Shown one piece after another: positions 17,471 to 25,825 of a DNA stretch of 64,000 bases (its first letter is position 1; each line of letters opens with the position of its first letter). Both the position numbers and the translations under genes were made by a program. This DNA is from Anaerolineales bacterium (GTDB taxonomy: Bacteria; Chloroflexota; Anaerolineae; Anaerolineales; Villigracilaceae), in the NCBI GenBank assembly GCA_047602145.1, contig JASGIA010000001.1:803062-867061 (forward strand), read 5' to 3'. Under the pieces are notes generated by a model that saw only the letters and a program-made list of their open reading frames with translations, was not told the origin of the DNA and searched no databases.

Positions 17471-18031
17471 TTAACCATGATCCATGTTCCATTGCTTGAC
17501 GAATGCATCAACGGTGGGGGTATCGAACAACATCAGTTTTACCACCTTGAGATTGGACGAATTGTCCTCAAAGTAATTTTCAATCGCGGAAAAAATGATC
17601 CCTGCCGCGCGCTCTTTTGGAAAGCCGAAGATACCGGTCGAGATGGCGGGCATGGCGATGGATGCGCAGTTCAATTGATCTGCCACATGTAGGGAACCTG
17701 TTACAGCATCGGCTAATTTTTTATCCTCATCGCCATCGCCCCAAACGGGACCTACAGCGTGGATCACATATCTCGAAGGCAGGAACCCGCCCGAGGTCCA
17801 TGCCGGAGCCGAGTGGGAGACGGGGCCATGCTTCTGAATCCATTCGTTGGATTCCTTCTGGATCGCTGGTCCGCCTTTTTTCGAGATCGCCCACGCCACT
17901 CCACCTCCATGCTGGAGACGTTCATTTGCCGCATTGACAATGGCATCCACGGCTTCTGTCGTGATATCCCCTTGAACGATTTGAAGCATTTGCCCGGTCG
18001 AAAGAGTGCGCTCTACCAGAACGGTGTTCAT
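17471..18031 (-). CDS. macro-domain protein (O-acetyl-ADP-ribose deacetylase / YmdB-like)
   Basis: IVQGDITTEAVDAIVNAAN…GGGV…ISTGIFGFP are the classic macro-domain motifs. Confidence 0.85.
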   Translation of the reverse strand: MNTVLVERTLSTGQMLQIVQGDITTEAVDAIVNAANERLQHGGGVAWAISKKGGPAIQKESNEWIQKHGPVSHSAPAWTSGGFLPSRYVIHAVGPVWGDGDEDKKLADAVTGSLHVADQLNCASIAMPAISTGIFGFPKERAAGIIFSAIENYFEDNSSNLKVVKLMLFDTPTVDAFVKQWNMDHG

Positions 18032-18041
18032 TGGATAGAAA

Positions 18042-18320
18042 TTATTTCAACGTAGAATACGGAAGAGGAATGTTGTGTCTGTTCAGCGTTGATTCATAAT
18101 GTGATACTAATTTTTGCAGGCTCTCTTGAAGTTCAAGGGATGTGTTGATCAGTTCTGTATCGGCAGTTCCCAGTGCCTTTTCATGGGTTATCTTTGCCAA
18201 TTTCAACAAGCCTGATAATGTTTCGCCCTGCAAGACAATGCCTGGGAAATTCTGGCTCGGCATTTTGACGACACCCCGGTTGATCGACTGGGAATAGACT
18301 TCCAGTTCCATGTATTCCAT
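18042..18320 (-). CDS. HicB-like / UPF0150-family small protein (possible antitoxin-like)
   Basis: FPGIVLQGETLSGLLKLAKITHEKAL resembles the PGC.TQG.T.EEA…A.EA core of HicB/UPF0150. It lies 10 nt upstream of the macro-domain gene; no HicA partner was found. Confidence 0.4.
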   Translation of the reverse strand: MEYMELEVYSQSINRGVVKMPSQNFPGIVLQGETLSGLLKLAKITHEKALGTADTELINTSLELQESLQKLVSHYESTLNRHNIPLPYSTLK

Positions 18321-18412
18321 TTTTCCACTCTTTCTAGTGCTGGTCTGTTGAACAACTACCTTGATAATTTTACCCCGTTAAACAGGTAAGGGCGGGATTG
18401 ACCCGCCCCTAC

Positions 18413-18444
18413 AAAAAAATTCGGTCGGGGTCAAACCCCGACCG
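18413..18444 (-). terminator. rho-independent terminator after rplT (CGGTCGGGGT-caa-ACCCCGACCG + U-run)
   Basis: A 10-bp GC stem followed on the minus strand by AATTTTTTTG. A second GC palindrome (GTAAGGGCGGG-attga-CCCGCCCCTAC, 18386..18413) follows. Confidence 0.75.
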
Positions 18445-18453
18445 AGCAATTAT

Positions 18454-18795
18454 TTACTTCGTTTGTGCAATCACCGCAGCAAATGCCTGCGGGTTGCGGA
18501 TTGCCAGATCAGACAACATCTTGCGGTTTAGCTCGATGTTCGCCTTCTTCAGCGCTGCTACCAGCTTGCTGTAGGTGGTGCCGTTCAGGCGAGCCGCGGC
18601 GTTGATGCGGGCGATCCACAATTTGCGAAGATCGCGCTTGCGCACACGGCGATCACGGGTCGCGTACCAGAGGCTCTTGAGCATTGCCTCATTGGCTCGC
18701 TTGAACAGACGGTGCTTTGCGCCGCGCTGTCCCTTTGTGATCTTCAAAACTTTCTTGTGACGTAGATGCCCTTGCGGGCCTCCTTTAACGCGCAT
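18454..18795 (-). CDS. rplT: 50S ribosomal protein L20
   Basis: 113 aa; MRVKGGPQGHLRHKKVLKITKGQRGAKHRLFKRANEAMLKSLWYATRDRR is a near-canonical L20 N-terminus. Confidence 0.95.
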   Translation of the reverse strand: MRVKGGPQGHLRHKKVLKITKGQRGAKHRLFKRANEAMLKSLWYATRDRRVRKRDLRKLWIARINAAARLNGTTYSKLVAALKKANIELNRKMLSDLAIRNPQAFAAVIAQTK

Positions 18796-18914
18796 TTCTT
18801 AGTACCTCCTGCAAACTCGCGGGCGTCGGCAGGTCATGCCAGTTGCGTACACCCGAAAGCCGCAAATAATGATGAATACGATTTACCGGAGTAGGGATAA
18901 GCCTTGGCTTATCC

Positions 18915-19145
18915 TTATGCTTCCATGTTGGGCGCCAAGCGTTTCACGCGCTTGATGATCTTGCGGCCCTTTACTTCATGCATTTCAGACAACTGAGACT
19001 TGGTGCGCTTGGAAGTGTTTCGGCGCAGGTGGCTCTTACCGCCTTTGGTGCGCACGACCTTGCCAGCGCCGGTCAGACGAAACCGCTTGGATGTCGCCTT
19101 GTGGGTCTTCAGTTTGGTCTTGCCAGCTTTTGCTTTGCGAGGCAT
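18915..19145 (-). CDS. rpmI: 50S ribosomal protein L35 (start at MPRKAKAGKTKLKTHKATSKRF)
   Basis: Lys/Arg-rich peptide of about 76 aa matching L35; the track ORF extends 15 codons further upstream with no support. Confidence 0.85.
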   Translation of the reverse strand: MPRKAKAGKTKLKTHKATSKRFRLTGAGKVVRTKGGKSHLRRNTSKRTKSQLSEMHEVKGRKIIKRVKRLAPNMEA

Positions 19146-19235
19146 TGCTGATTCTCCTTTCAAAAAATTTCGACAAAAAACCGCGGACATCTTACTACCC
19201 GCGGACTTTCAACATCTTTGGGACTTTCTCGGGGA

Positions 19236-19811
19236 CTAGGCTTGCGTTTCTTTCTCAGCCGGAGCCTGGTCGCCCTTTTCTTTCTTTTTCGGTGCTCCGC
19301 CTTTGGTCGGCGCCATTACTACGAGCATCGTGCGACCTTCCATTTGCGGTGGGACTTCGATCGCTGCCACATCAGCTAGGGCAGTGGCGATCTCTTTCAG
19401 GTCTTCGAGCGCGATCTCAGGGTAATCCATTTCGCGTCCTCGGAACTTGATCGTCACGCGGACCTTATGTCCCTGCAACAACCAGCGGCGGGCATCGTCC
19501 ACCTTGAAACCACGATGCGCTTCGTTCGTCTTTGGGCGCAGGCGGATTTCCTTGACCTCGATCTTGGTCTGAGACTTCTTCGCTTCGCGGTCCTTCTTTG
19601 CCCGTTCGTAGATGAACTTGCCATAATCGATCACACGGCAAACAGGCGGAGTGGCGTTTGGCGAAACCTCCACAAGATCCAGCTCGGCGTCGCGTGCGAT
19701 CTGGAGAGCCTGGCGTATCGGCACAACGCCGACATTGCTGCCATCCGGCCCGATCAGTCGGACTTCCGCGACGCGGATGCCCTCATTTACTCGAAATTCT
19801 GTAGCGCTGAT
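19236..19811 (-). CDS. infC: translation initiation factor IF-3, with an inferred non-canonical ATC (Ile) start
   Basis: The track ORF starts at an internal GTG, but the IF3 N-domain (ISATEFRVNEGIRVAEVRLIGPDGSNVGVVPIRQAL…) is encoded in frame upstream. It is bounded by TAG four codons before an ATC that has a GGAG RBS 6 nt upstream; there is no ATG/GTG/TTG in between. Confidence 0.8.
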   Translation of the reverse strand: MSATEFRVNEGIRVAEVRLIGPDGSNVGVVPIRQALQIARDAELDLVEVSPNATPPVCRVIDYGKFIYERAKKDREAKKSQTKIEVKEIRLRPKTNEAHRGFKVDDARRWLLQGHKVRVTIKFRGREMDYPEIALEDLKEIATALADVAAIEVPPQMEGRTMLVVMAPTKGGAPKKKEKGDQAPAEKETQA

Positions 19812-20067
19812 ATGCTTCTCCTATTTCATAACAGTTGACCAGCCCACGGCTGGTTTTTTAGCGGGCTGATAATACCATAAAGGCAGTGGAATCGTCAACA
19901 AAAGCGGGCATTTGAGTCTAAAAAATGGCATCAAAATCCCCTACAAACTCCCCCTATAGCCTTAAACACACAGACGATGGGCGATCAAAAATCCTCCGTC
20001 GCTCATCGTCTACACATATTGTACGACGTGGGCGCGCGTCTGACAATACTTTCCCCAACCTTTTCAG

Positions 20068-20669
20068 GTATGATCGGATATATAAAGTGGTGGAATACTC
20101 CTCCTGAGGATAATGTGGAAGAGAAACAGGCGATTCGAAGATTAAAACGCGGCGATATTAGCGGGCTAGAGTTCCTGGTTAATCGCCATCAAATAAAGGG
20201 TGTACGGACTGCCTATCTGATCACGCGCGATCTTGCGCTAGCCGAGGATGTGGTGCAGGAATGCTTTGTGCAGGCATATCGCGCGATACATGGCTTCGAT
20301 GCAATGCGCCCCTTTGAACCGTGGTTCATGCGGAGCGTGGTCAATGCTGCCGTGAAGATAATGCAGAGGTCCGCGCGGCAGGTTCAGGTGGGGGATGAGG
20401 CGGCTGAGTTTCTTTTTGCAGAGTTAATTTCCAGAGTCGAATCAGTCGAAATGCAGATTGAGTCCAGGGAAGTCCAGGAAGAAATCTGGGATGCGATGCA
20501 GAAGCTCTCGCCACGTCAACGCGCGGTGATCGTACAGCGATATTTTCTTGAGATGAGCGAGTCTGAAATGGCGAAGGAAGCCGGTACGGCAGTTGGCACG
20601 GTGAAATGGATGTTGAATGCGGCACGTGAGCGATTACGCAGTCTGCTTTCGGAAAGGAGCGATGAATGA
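20068..20669 (+). CDS. ECF-family RNA polymerase sigma factor (sigma-70 regions 2 and 4); start uncertain (ATG 20068 or GTG about 20114)
   Basis: Region 2 (…LALAEDVVQECFVQAYRAIHGFD…PWFMRSVVNAA) and region 4 (LSPRQRAVIVQRYFLEMSESEMAKEAGTAVGTVKWMLNAAR). Confidence 0.8.
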
Positions 20670-22105
20670 AAATAAATCGCATGAAGGATGTGTTGGAAAG
20701 CATCGCTCATAATGCTGTGCCCGAGGATATCAATCTAATGCCGGGTATCGCAGTTCGATTGGAGAGGAGACCATTCATGATAACTCTTCGCGCCAAACCA
20801 GTTCTGATGATCCTGCTTGTCTTGCTGGCTCTTACGCTATTAAGTGGTGTTGTATATGCGATCGGAAAATCGATGGGGTATATTCCGGGCATTGGGTTGA
20901 TAGATCAAAGCACGCCTTTACGTATGTTGAGTGAACCTGTCACTATAACGCGGGATGGCATCACGTTGACGGTGGAACAGGTTGTAATAAGCGCTGATAA
21001 AACAGTGGTTATTTATAAAATGGAAGGTATACCTGCTAATGCGTATGAAAGCGATAACCAGACGAACGAATCAGAGAACACTGTTTCAAGTTATTCATCC
21101 TCCATCACGATCCCATTGGATGGAACGACGGAAGCCCCATCTGTAGATAGCGAGAGCAAGGCGATTTGTTTTAGTGATGAAAAAATAGTATTACCAAATG
21201 GAACTACATTACCTCTGCAAACAGGGGAAGGAAATGGCTGGTCTTCGGGGTTTGAGAGCCGACATATTTTTGGAACTATTCCGGCGGAGATAGATGATGC
21301 TGCTTTCCTAATTTCTTGCATACCAGAGACAGAGCCGGGAATATTACCGGAAAATTGGGAAGTCACTCTGCATTTTGTGCCTGTCCCATCTGACATCAAT
21401 ATCCTGCCTGCGGCTGATGTTCGCCTTTTACCATCTGGTAAGTCACAAAGTGCCATGACCTTTGAAAAGGTTATTGAGACCAATGATGGTTATATTCTGG
21501 TCGGGAAGTTTCGCTCCATTGGTTTGCCGGAATACGCATTGGCTTACGGAGAAAGAAAATTCTTGAAGATCACAGATGCGAATGGACAGCTCATTAAATC
21601 TACTCACGCCAATGGCATTGATATCGATAGTCAATTCGGCGAATTCGGTTTGGCATATGAGATTAAAGGGAAACAACATGCCTGGCCCCTCACGCTTACC
21701 TTGGATGAAGTGGTTGTACAGTTTAACGGGCAGTCGATTGAATTTGAGTTTGATACTGGACCGAATCCGCAAGTGGGACAGGAATGGCTTCTGCATCCGG
21801 ATGTTCAACTTATGGGATATACCATCCATGATGTGCTGATAGAACGGACGGAACGCGGCTATACTTTTACGATCCAATCTGCCCCGGATGTGCTCATGGT
21901 CAGCCCAGAGATAAAGGACTTTCCCTATAGCAGTGCTGGCGGTAGTGGTGATGGATTTGGAAAAGGGGAAACATATTTTCACATCGAATATAAAGGAGAG
22001 CCACCCTCGGGAAAATTGGTGATCAAATTGAGTGATTTACTAGCCAGGTTACACGGTCCCTGGTATATCCAATGGCAACCGGAAAATAATTCCAGCCCGA
22101 AGTAA
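20666..22105 (+). CDS. single-pass membrane protein with large extracytoplasmic domain, candidate cognate anti-sigma factor
   Basis: Start overlaps the ECF sigma stop (ATGA); about 45-aa cytoplasmic N-terminus, one TM helix (VLMILLVLLALTLLSGVVYAI), and a 410-aa C-terminal domain of unknown fold. Confidence 0.45.
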   Translation: MKINRMKDVLESIAHNAVPEDINLMPGIAVRLERRPFMITLRAKPVLMILLVLLALTLLSGVVYAIGKSMGYIPGIGLIDQSTPLRMLSEPVTITRDGITLTVEQVVISADKTVVIYKMEGIPANAYESDNQTNESENTVSSYSSSITIPLDGTTEAPSVDSESKAICFSDEKIVLPNGTTLPLQTGEGNGWSSGFESRHIFGTIPAEIDDAAFLISCIPETEPGILPENWEVTLHFVPVPSDINILPAADVRLLPSGKSQSAMTFEKVIETNDGYILVGKFRSIGLPEYALAYGERKFLKITDANGQLIKSTHANGIDIDSQFGEFGLAYEIKGKQHAWPLTLTLDEVVVQFNGQSIEFEFDTGPNPQVGQEWLLHPDVQLMGYTIHDVLIERTERGYTFTIQSAPDVLMVSPEIKDFPYSSAGGSGDGFGKGETYFHIEYKGEPPSGKLVIKLSDLLARLHGPWYIQWQPENNSSPK

Positions 22106-22125
22106 GAAATAACTCTGAAAGCATT

Positions 22126-22166
22126 ATAAAAAGTGGAGAACCTTTCGGCTCTCCACTTTTCTTTTA
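22126..22166. terminator. bidirectional rho-independent terminator (AAAAGTGGAGAACC-tttc-GGCTCTCCACTTTTCTTTT)
   Basis: An 11-bp stem flanked by an A-run and a T-run, between convergent gene ends (22105 plus, 22164 minus). Confidence 0.75.
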
Positions 22167-23975
22167 CAACTCACTTGCTCTGCGTGAAATCCTGTCCTTC
22201 GCGCGGACAATGAACTCGTTCAGCGGAATATTGTTCTGCTGGCTTCCATCTCTCACGCGCAGGGAAACCAACCCGGCGTTCATTTCATTCTCACCAACGA
22301 CCAGCATATACGGCACTTTCATTAACTGTGCCTGCCGGATCTTGGCGTTCATACGTTGGGCGCTGATATCCGCATGGACGCGGATGCCGTTCTCGCGTAA
22401 TTCTTTCACGAGTTTCTGGGCATACTCGTTCTGCGCATCCGTGATCGGGATGACGCGCACATGTTCCGGTGAGAGCCAGACCGGGAAGTTCCCGGCGTAG
22501 TGCTCGATCAGGAACCCGACCATGCGCTCGTGCGTGCTGAGCGGCGCGCGGTGGATGCAGAGCGGAATTTCCTCATTGCCTTCGCAATTCGTGAACTTCA
22601 GGTCGAAGCGCTCGGGGACAGCAAAGTCTACCTGATTCGTGGCAAGCGTGAATTCACGCCCGATGGCTGACCAGATTTGCACGTCAATCTTAGGACCGTA
22701 GAAAGCGGCTTCATCATCCACTTCCACGAACGGGACTTTGCCATTGATCATGGCGCGACGCACCATATCTTCCGTCTTGATCCACAAGCGTTCATTGTCC
22801 ACATACTTCTTGCCAAGTCCCGCCTTGCCGTGCAAGGACAGACGCATGACGTACCGGTCAATGCCAAACAGATCGAAGTATTTCTTGTAAAGGTCGATCA
22901 CACCCATGAACTCCTGCTCGAACTGTTCCTCCGAGACGTAGAGATGGGCATCATTCATCTGCATCGAGCGGACGCGCATCAAGCCAAACAACTCGCCTGA
23001 TTTCTCGTAGCGGTAGCACGTCCCGTATTCCGCAAGGCGGATGGGCAGGTCACGATAGGAGCGTCCTTTCGATCCAAAGATCTTGTGGTGGAACGGGCAG
23101 TTCATTGGCTTGACGTAATACTTCACGCCTTCCAATTCCATGGGCGGGTACATGCTCTCCGCATAATAGGGCAGGTGACCCGAGCGCAGGAACAGATCTT
23201 CCTTCGTCACGATCGGCGTGCGGACGCGTAGATAGCCAGCCTGCTCTTCCAATTCTTTGGCGAGCCTTTCCAGCTCTTCGATCATCACGCCGCCGTTCGG
23301 CAGCCACAGCGGCAGACCCGGACCGACCTCATCATCGAACATGAAGATCTCCAGATCCTTGCCGAGCTTGCGGTGATCGCGTTTCTTGGCTTCTTCGAGT
23401 TGGTGCAGGTAGGCTTCGAGATCTTTCTTGCTTTCCCACGCCGTGCCATAAATGCGCTGGAGCATCTTGTTGTTCTCGTCGCCGCGCCAATACGCGCCAG
23501 CCACGTTCATCAACTTGAACGCGTCCTGCTTGATCTCTTTCGTGCTTTCGACGTGAGGTCCGCGGCACAGGTCCGTGAACGTGTCGTGCTGGTAGATCGA
23601 GATCTCCACTTTTTCTTTCAGCGGATTTCCGTATTCATCCATGCCGCCTTTTTCGAGACCTTCGATCAACTCCAGTTTGTAGGGTTGATCGGCAAAGACC
23701 TTCTTCGCTTCTTCGGCGGAGATGACCGTCTTCTTAAATTCATGCTTGCCCTGCACGATCTGGCGCATACGCTTTTCGATCTGTTCCAGATCTTCGGGCG
23801 TGAGATTGCGCGGCAGGTCAAAGTCATAGTAAAAACCATTTTCTACCGGAGGTCCGATCGTGACCTTGCCATCGGGAAATAGTTCCAACACTGCCTGCGC
23901 CATGACATGCGCGGCGGAATGACGGATCTTATAGAGATGCAACTCTTCGTATTTTTCTTGGACTGGTAGTGACAT
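22164..23975 (-). CDS. thrS: threonyl-tRNA synthetase lacking the N-terminal TGS domain
   Basis: 603 aa starting in the second N-terminal (editing/SAD) domain (HSAAHVMAQAV), with class II catalytic motifs and an anticodon-binding domain. The upstream leader is a T-box. Confidence 0.9.
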   Translation of the reverse strand: MSLPVQEKYEELHLYKIRHSAAHVMAQAVLELFPDGKVTIGPPVENGFYYDFDLPRNLTPEDLEQIEKRMRQIVQGKHEFKKTVISAEEAKKVFADQPYKLELIEGLEKGGMDEYGNPLKEKVEISIYQHDTFTDLCRGPHVESTKEIKQDAFKLMNVAGAYWRGDENNKMLQRIYGTAWESKKDLEAYLHQLEEAKKRDHRKLGKDLEIFMFDDEVGPGLPLWLPNGGVMIEELERLAKELEEQAGYLRVRTPIVTKEDLFLRSGHLPYYAESMYPPMELEGVKYYVKPMNCPFHHKIFGSKGRSYRDLPIRLAEYGTCYRYEKSGELFGLMRVRSMQMNDAHLYVSEEQFEQEFMGVIDLYKKYFDLFGIDRYVMRLSLHGKAGLGKKYVDNERLWIKTEDMVRRAMINGKVPFVEVDDEAAFYGPKIDVQIWSAIGREFTLATNQVDFAVPERFDLKFTNCEGNEEIPLCIHRAPLSTHERMVGFLIEHYAGNFPVWLSPEHVRVIPITDAQNEYAQKLVKELRENGIRVHADISAQRMNAKIRQAQLMKVPYMLVVGENEMNAGLVSLRVRDGSQQNNIPLNEFIVRAKDRISRRASEL

Positions 23976-24097
23976 TTTCGCTTCCTTTTCTGGATGTATG
24001 GTTGGTTGCCGCTTCGATTGATTTTCGCGAACCCGGAGAAGCGGCTAACGACCTCCGAAGTCGCCGACGAGTGTGGGTAGTCATAGCGACCTCCTTG

Positions 24098-24137
24098 CTT
24101 GCGGACTCGAAAGTCTATAGACTTTCGAGTCCGCAAG
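24098..24137 (-). repeat. 40-nt perfect palindrome (18-bp arms CTTGCGGACTCGAAAGTC / GACTTTCGAGTCCGCAAG, 4-nt loop) in the thrS 5' UTR
   Basis: Seen directly. It lies between the T-box terminator and an AAGGAGG-ATG uORF start at about 24085. Confidence 0.7.
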
Positions 24138-24144
24138 GCACATT

Positions 24145-24420
24145 AACAAAAAAATTCTCGCCCACGTACGGGGCGAGAATTAAATTCACGCGGTTCCACC
24201 CGAATTGTACGTCGAAATTAATTTCAACGTACAACTCTTAAGCCGATAACGGAGCAACCCGTTCCACTTACTTGCTAACAGCTAATCGCTGAAAGCTTTC
24301 TGCATCACGCTCGCGGGTGGTTTTCTGCGGGGTTTCTGGTCGGGGCTCTCAACTGTCAGCCCGGACTCTCTGTCAGAAACGGGAACCGCTTACTCGTCCC
24401 GGTCGAAGCGTTTGATTATG
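24145..24420 (-). ncRNA. T-box riboswitch leader of thrS (probable Thr/ACC specifier)
   Basis: On the minus strand: AGAGAG (AG box) and GTTGA (GNUGA) in Stem I, the conserved T-box sequence AATTCGGGTGGAACCGCG (plus 24189..24201), then a terminator hairpin TCTCGCCC-cgtacg-TGGGCGAGA (24155..24179) followed by a U-run. Confidence 0.75.
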
Positions 24421-24426
24421 TCCGTT

Positions 24427-24454
24427 ATTATATGCCGCCCGTTTGGATTGTCAA
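24427..24454 (-). promoter_or_regulatory. consensus sigma70 promoter (TTGACA-N16-TATAAT) driving the T-box/thrS transcript
   Basis: Reverse complement reads cTTGACAatccaaacgggcggcaTATAATaacgg. Confidence 0.6.
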
Positions 24455-24462
24455 GCGGACTA

Positions 24463-25047
24463 CTACTGTCCTCCGCCCATCGTGGCGGGAACCCACTTGC
24501 TGAAGCTTTCCAGATGTCCCCAAAGGGAGCCGTAGAAGGTCACAGCCCAAATTCCAGCAGTGGCGACGAGCAGCAGAACACCGATCAAACGGACGGTGCG
24601 GTTATCTCGGAACCATAGAAAGAACGGTGCGGCGCCGACGCCGCCCAGTCCTGCCAGCACGAAGCCAACAGCAGAGATCAATGGCTCTTTTGTGAGTTGC
24701 AAACTAAAGATGCGCAGACCAACGATGATGGCGTCGAGCCCGGCGAAGAAGGCATAGATCGAGACGGGAGTCAGGTTCCAGCCGTTCCAGAGGGCGAGTG
24801 CTGTGGAGAGAAAGACCACACCGAACAACGTGGTCGCGTCTCCGTAGCCGACGTTATAACTTCCCGGCAGGGGCCAGTTGAAGGAAAGATGCAAGCCGGT
24901 AATGAGCGAGAGCAAGCCAACGCCGAAGAATGCCGCAGCATACGGACGCTGGTCTGGTTCATCGATACCGCGCCACAGGTAGTATGCCAGCAACGCGGAA
25001 CCTGCGACGAGGTTGATCATGATAACGGTAAGGTAGTCAATAAACAT
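24463..25047 (-). CDS. DUF981-like polytopic membrane protein
   Basis: 194 aa with 5-6 predicted TM helices and Trp/Gly-rich loops; the family call is made from memory only. Confidence 0.4.
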   Translation of the reverse strand: MFIDYLTVIMINLVAGSALLAYYLWRGIDEPDQRPYAAAFFGVGLLSLITGLHLSFNWPLPGSYNVGYGDATTLFGVVFLSTALALWNGWNLTPVSIYAFFAGLDAIIVGLRIFSLQLTKEPLISAVGFVLAGLGGVGAAPFFLWFRDNRTVRLIGVLLLVATAGIWAVTFYGSLWGHLESFSKWVPATMGGGQ

Positions 25048-25159
25048 TCGTTGTCTCCTAACAGTAAAAGGTTTTATCTACTTTCAAGCCTATTGTCCGA
25101 CTTTTGGCTTGGCTTGGCTTTAGATGCAGATTAGAGAAAATTTATGATATGCTGCTTTT

Positions 25160-25630
25160 ATGAATATTCGCCTTGCCACCCCTGTAAATTCACTTCTGCT
25201 TTCAAGCCTGAATATAGATGTACAAAGGCTGCATGCCGAACAACATCCTGAATTTTTCAAAATGCCTACAAGGGATGATTTTGCTGCATCTTTTTTCGAT
25301 GAAATGCTGGCTAATCCTGTGGTCAGTATCTTCATCGCCGAAGAAGACAGGGAAGCTTTGGGATACATTGTTTGTAAATTGATGGAGCGGACAGAAAATC
25401 CTTTTACGTTTGGGATGCGTTATCTGCTTATTGACCAGATCTCTGTTCGACCGCAAGCGCGCGGACGTGGGGTAGGCACGGCATTAATGAAACAGGCTGA
25501 AATTCTGGCAGGAGAATTAGGGGTGCAGAAAATCTGGTTAGATTCTTGGGGTTTCAATGGGAACGCACATGCTTTCTTTGAAGGTGCCGGATTTATGAAA
25601 TTCATGCACCGTTTTTGGAAAGAACTATAA
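25160..25630 (+). CDS. GNAT-family N-acetyltransferase
   Basis: Acetyl-CoA binding motif QARGRGVGTALMKQAE. Confidence 0.8.
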   Translation: MNIRLATPVNSLLLSSLNIDVQRLHAEQHPEFFKMPTRDDFAASFFDEMLANPVVSIFIAEEDREALGYIVCKLMERTENPFTFGMRYLLIDQISVRPQARGRGVGTALMKQAEILAGELGVQKIWLDSWGFNGNAHAFFEGAGFMKFMHRFWKEL

Positions 25631-25634
25631 AAGC

Positions 25635-25662
25635 AAAAAGTCCCTGTGAAAGGGACTTTTTT
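25635..25662. terminator. bidirectional terminator (AAAAAGTCCCT-gtgaa-AGGGACTTTTT)
   Basis: A perfect hairpin with A- and T-runs, between the GNAT gene (plus) and tRNA-Val (minus). Confidence 0.7.
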
Positions 25663-25663
25663 G

Positions 25664-25737
25664 TGGGCGAAATAGGGCTCGAACCTACGACCTCTGCTAT
25701 GTCAAAGCAGTGCTCTAACCAACTGAGCTATCCGCCC
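25664..25737 (-). tRNA. tRNA-Val (anticodon GAC)
   Basis: Cloverleaf GGGCGGA-TA-GCTC-AGTTGGTT-AGAGC-A-CTGCT-TTGACAT-AGCAG-AGGTC-GTAGG-TTCGAGC-CCTAT-TTCGCCC-A; the CCA is not encoded. Confidence 0.85.
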
Positions 25738-25825
25738 GAAGGACTGACATTATAACGAGGGTTCCCAAAATTGGCAATGCCGATATAACGGTCGATATTC
25801 TGCCCTGCGGTATAATCCCATCGCC

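Noticed and set aside
19835-19868. Hairpin CCAGCC-cac-GGCTGG + T6 upstream of infC as a plus-strand terminator
   Set aside because: There is no plus-strand gene upstream to terminate. It more likely forms part of the infC 5' leader structure on the minus strand.
23975-24085. uORF MTTHT… as a possible N-terminal extension (TGS domain) of ThrRS
   Set aside because: It is in a different frame from thrS, terminates after the thrS start, and its sequence is not TGS-like. The ThrRS simply lacks the TGS domain.
23843-24136. 97-aa minus-strand ORF overlapping the thrS 5' leader
   Set aside because: It overlaps the T-box terminator/palindrome region, is Arg/Lys-rich and low-complexity, and is in a different frame from both thrS and the strong-RBS uORF.
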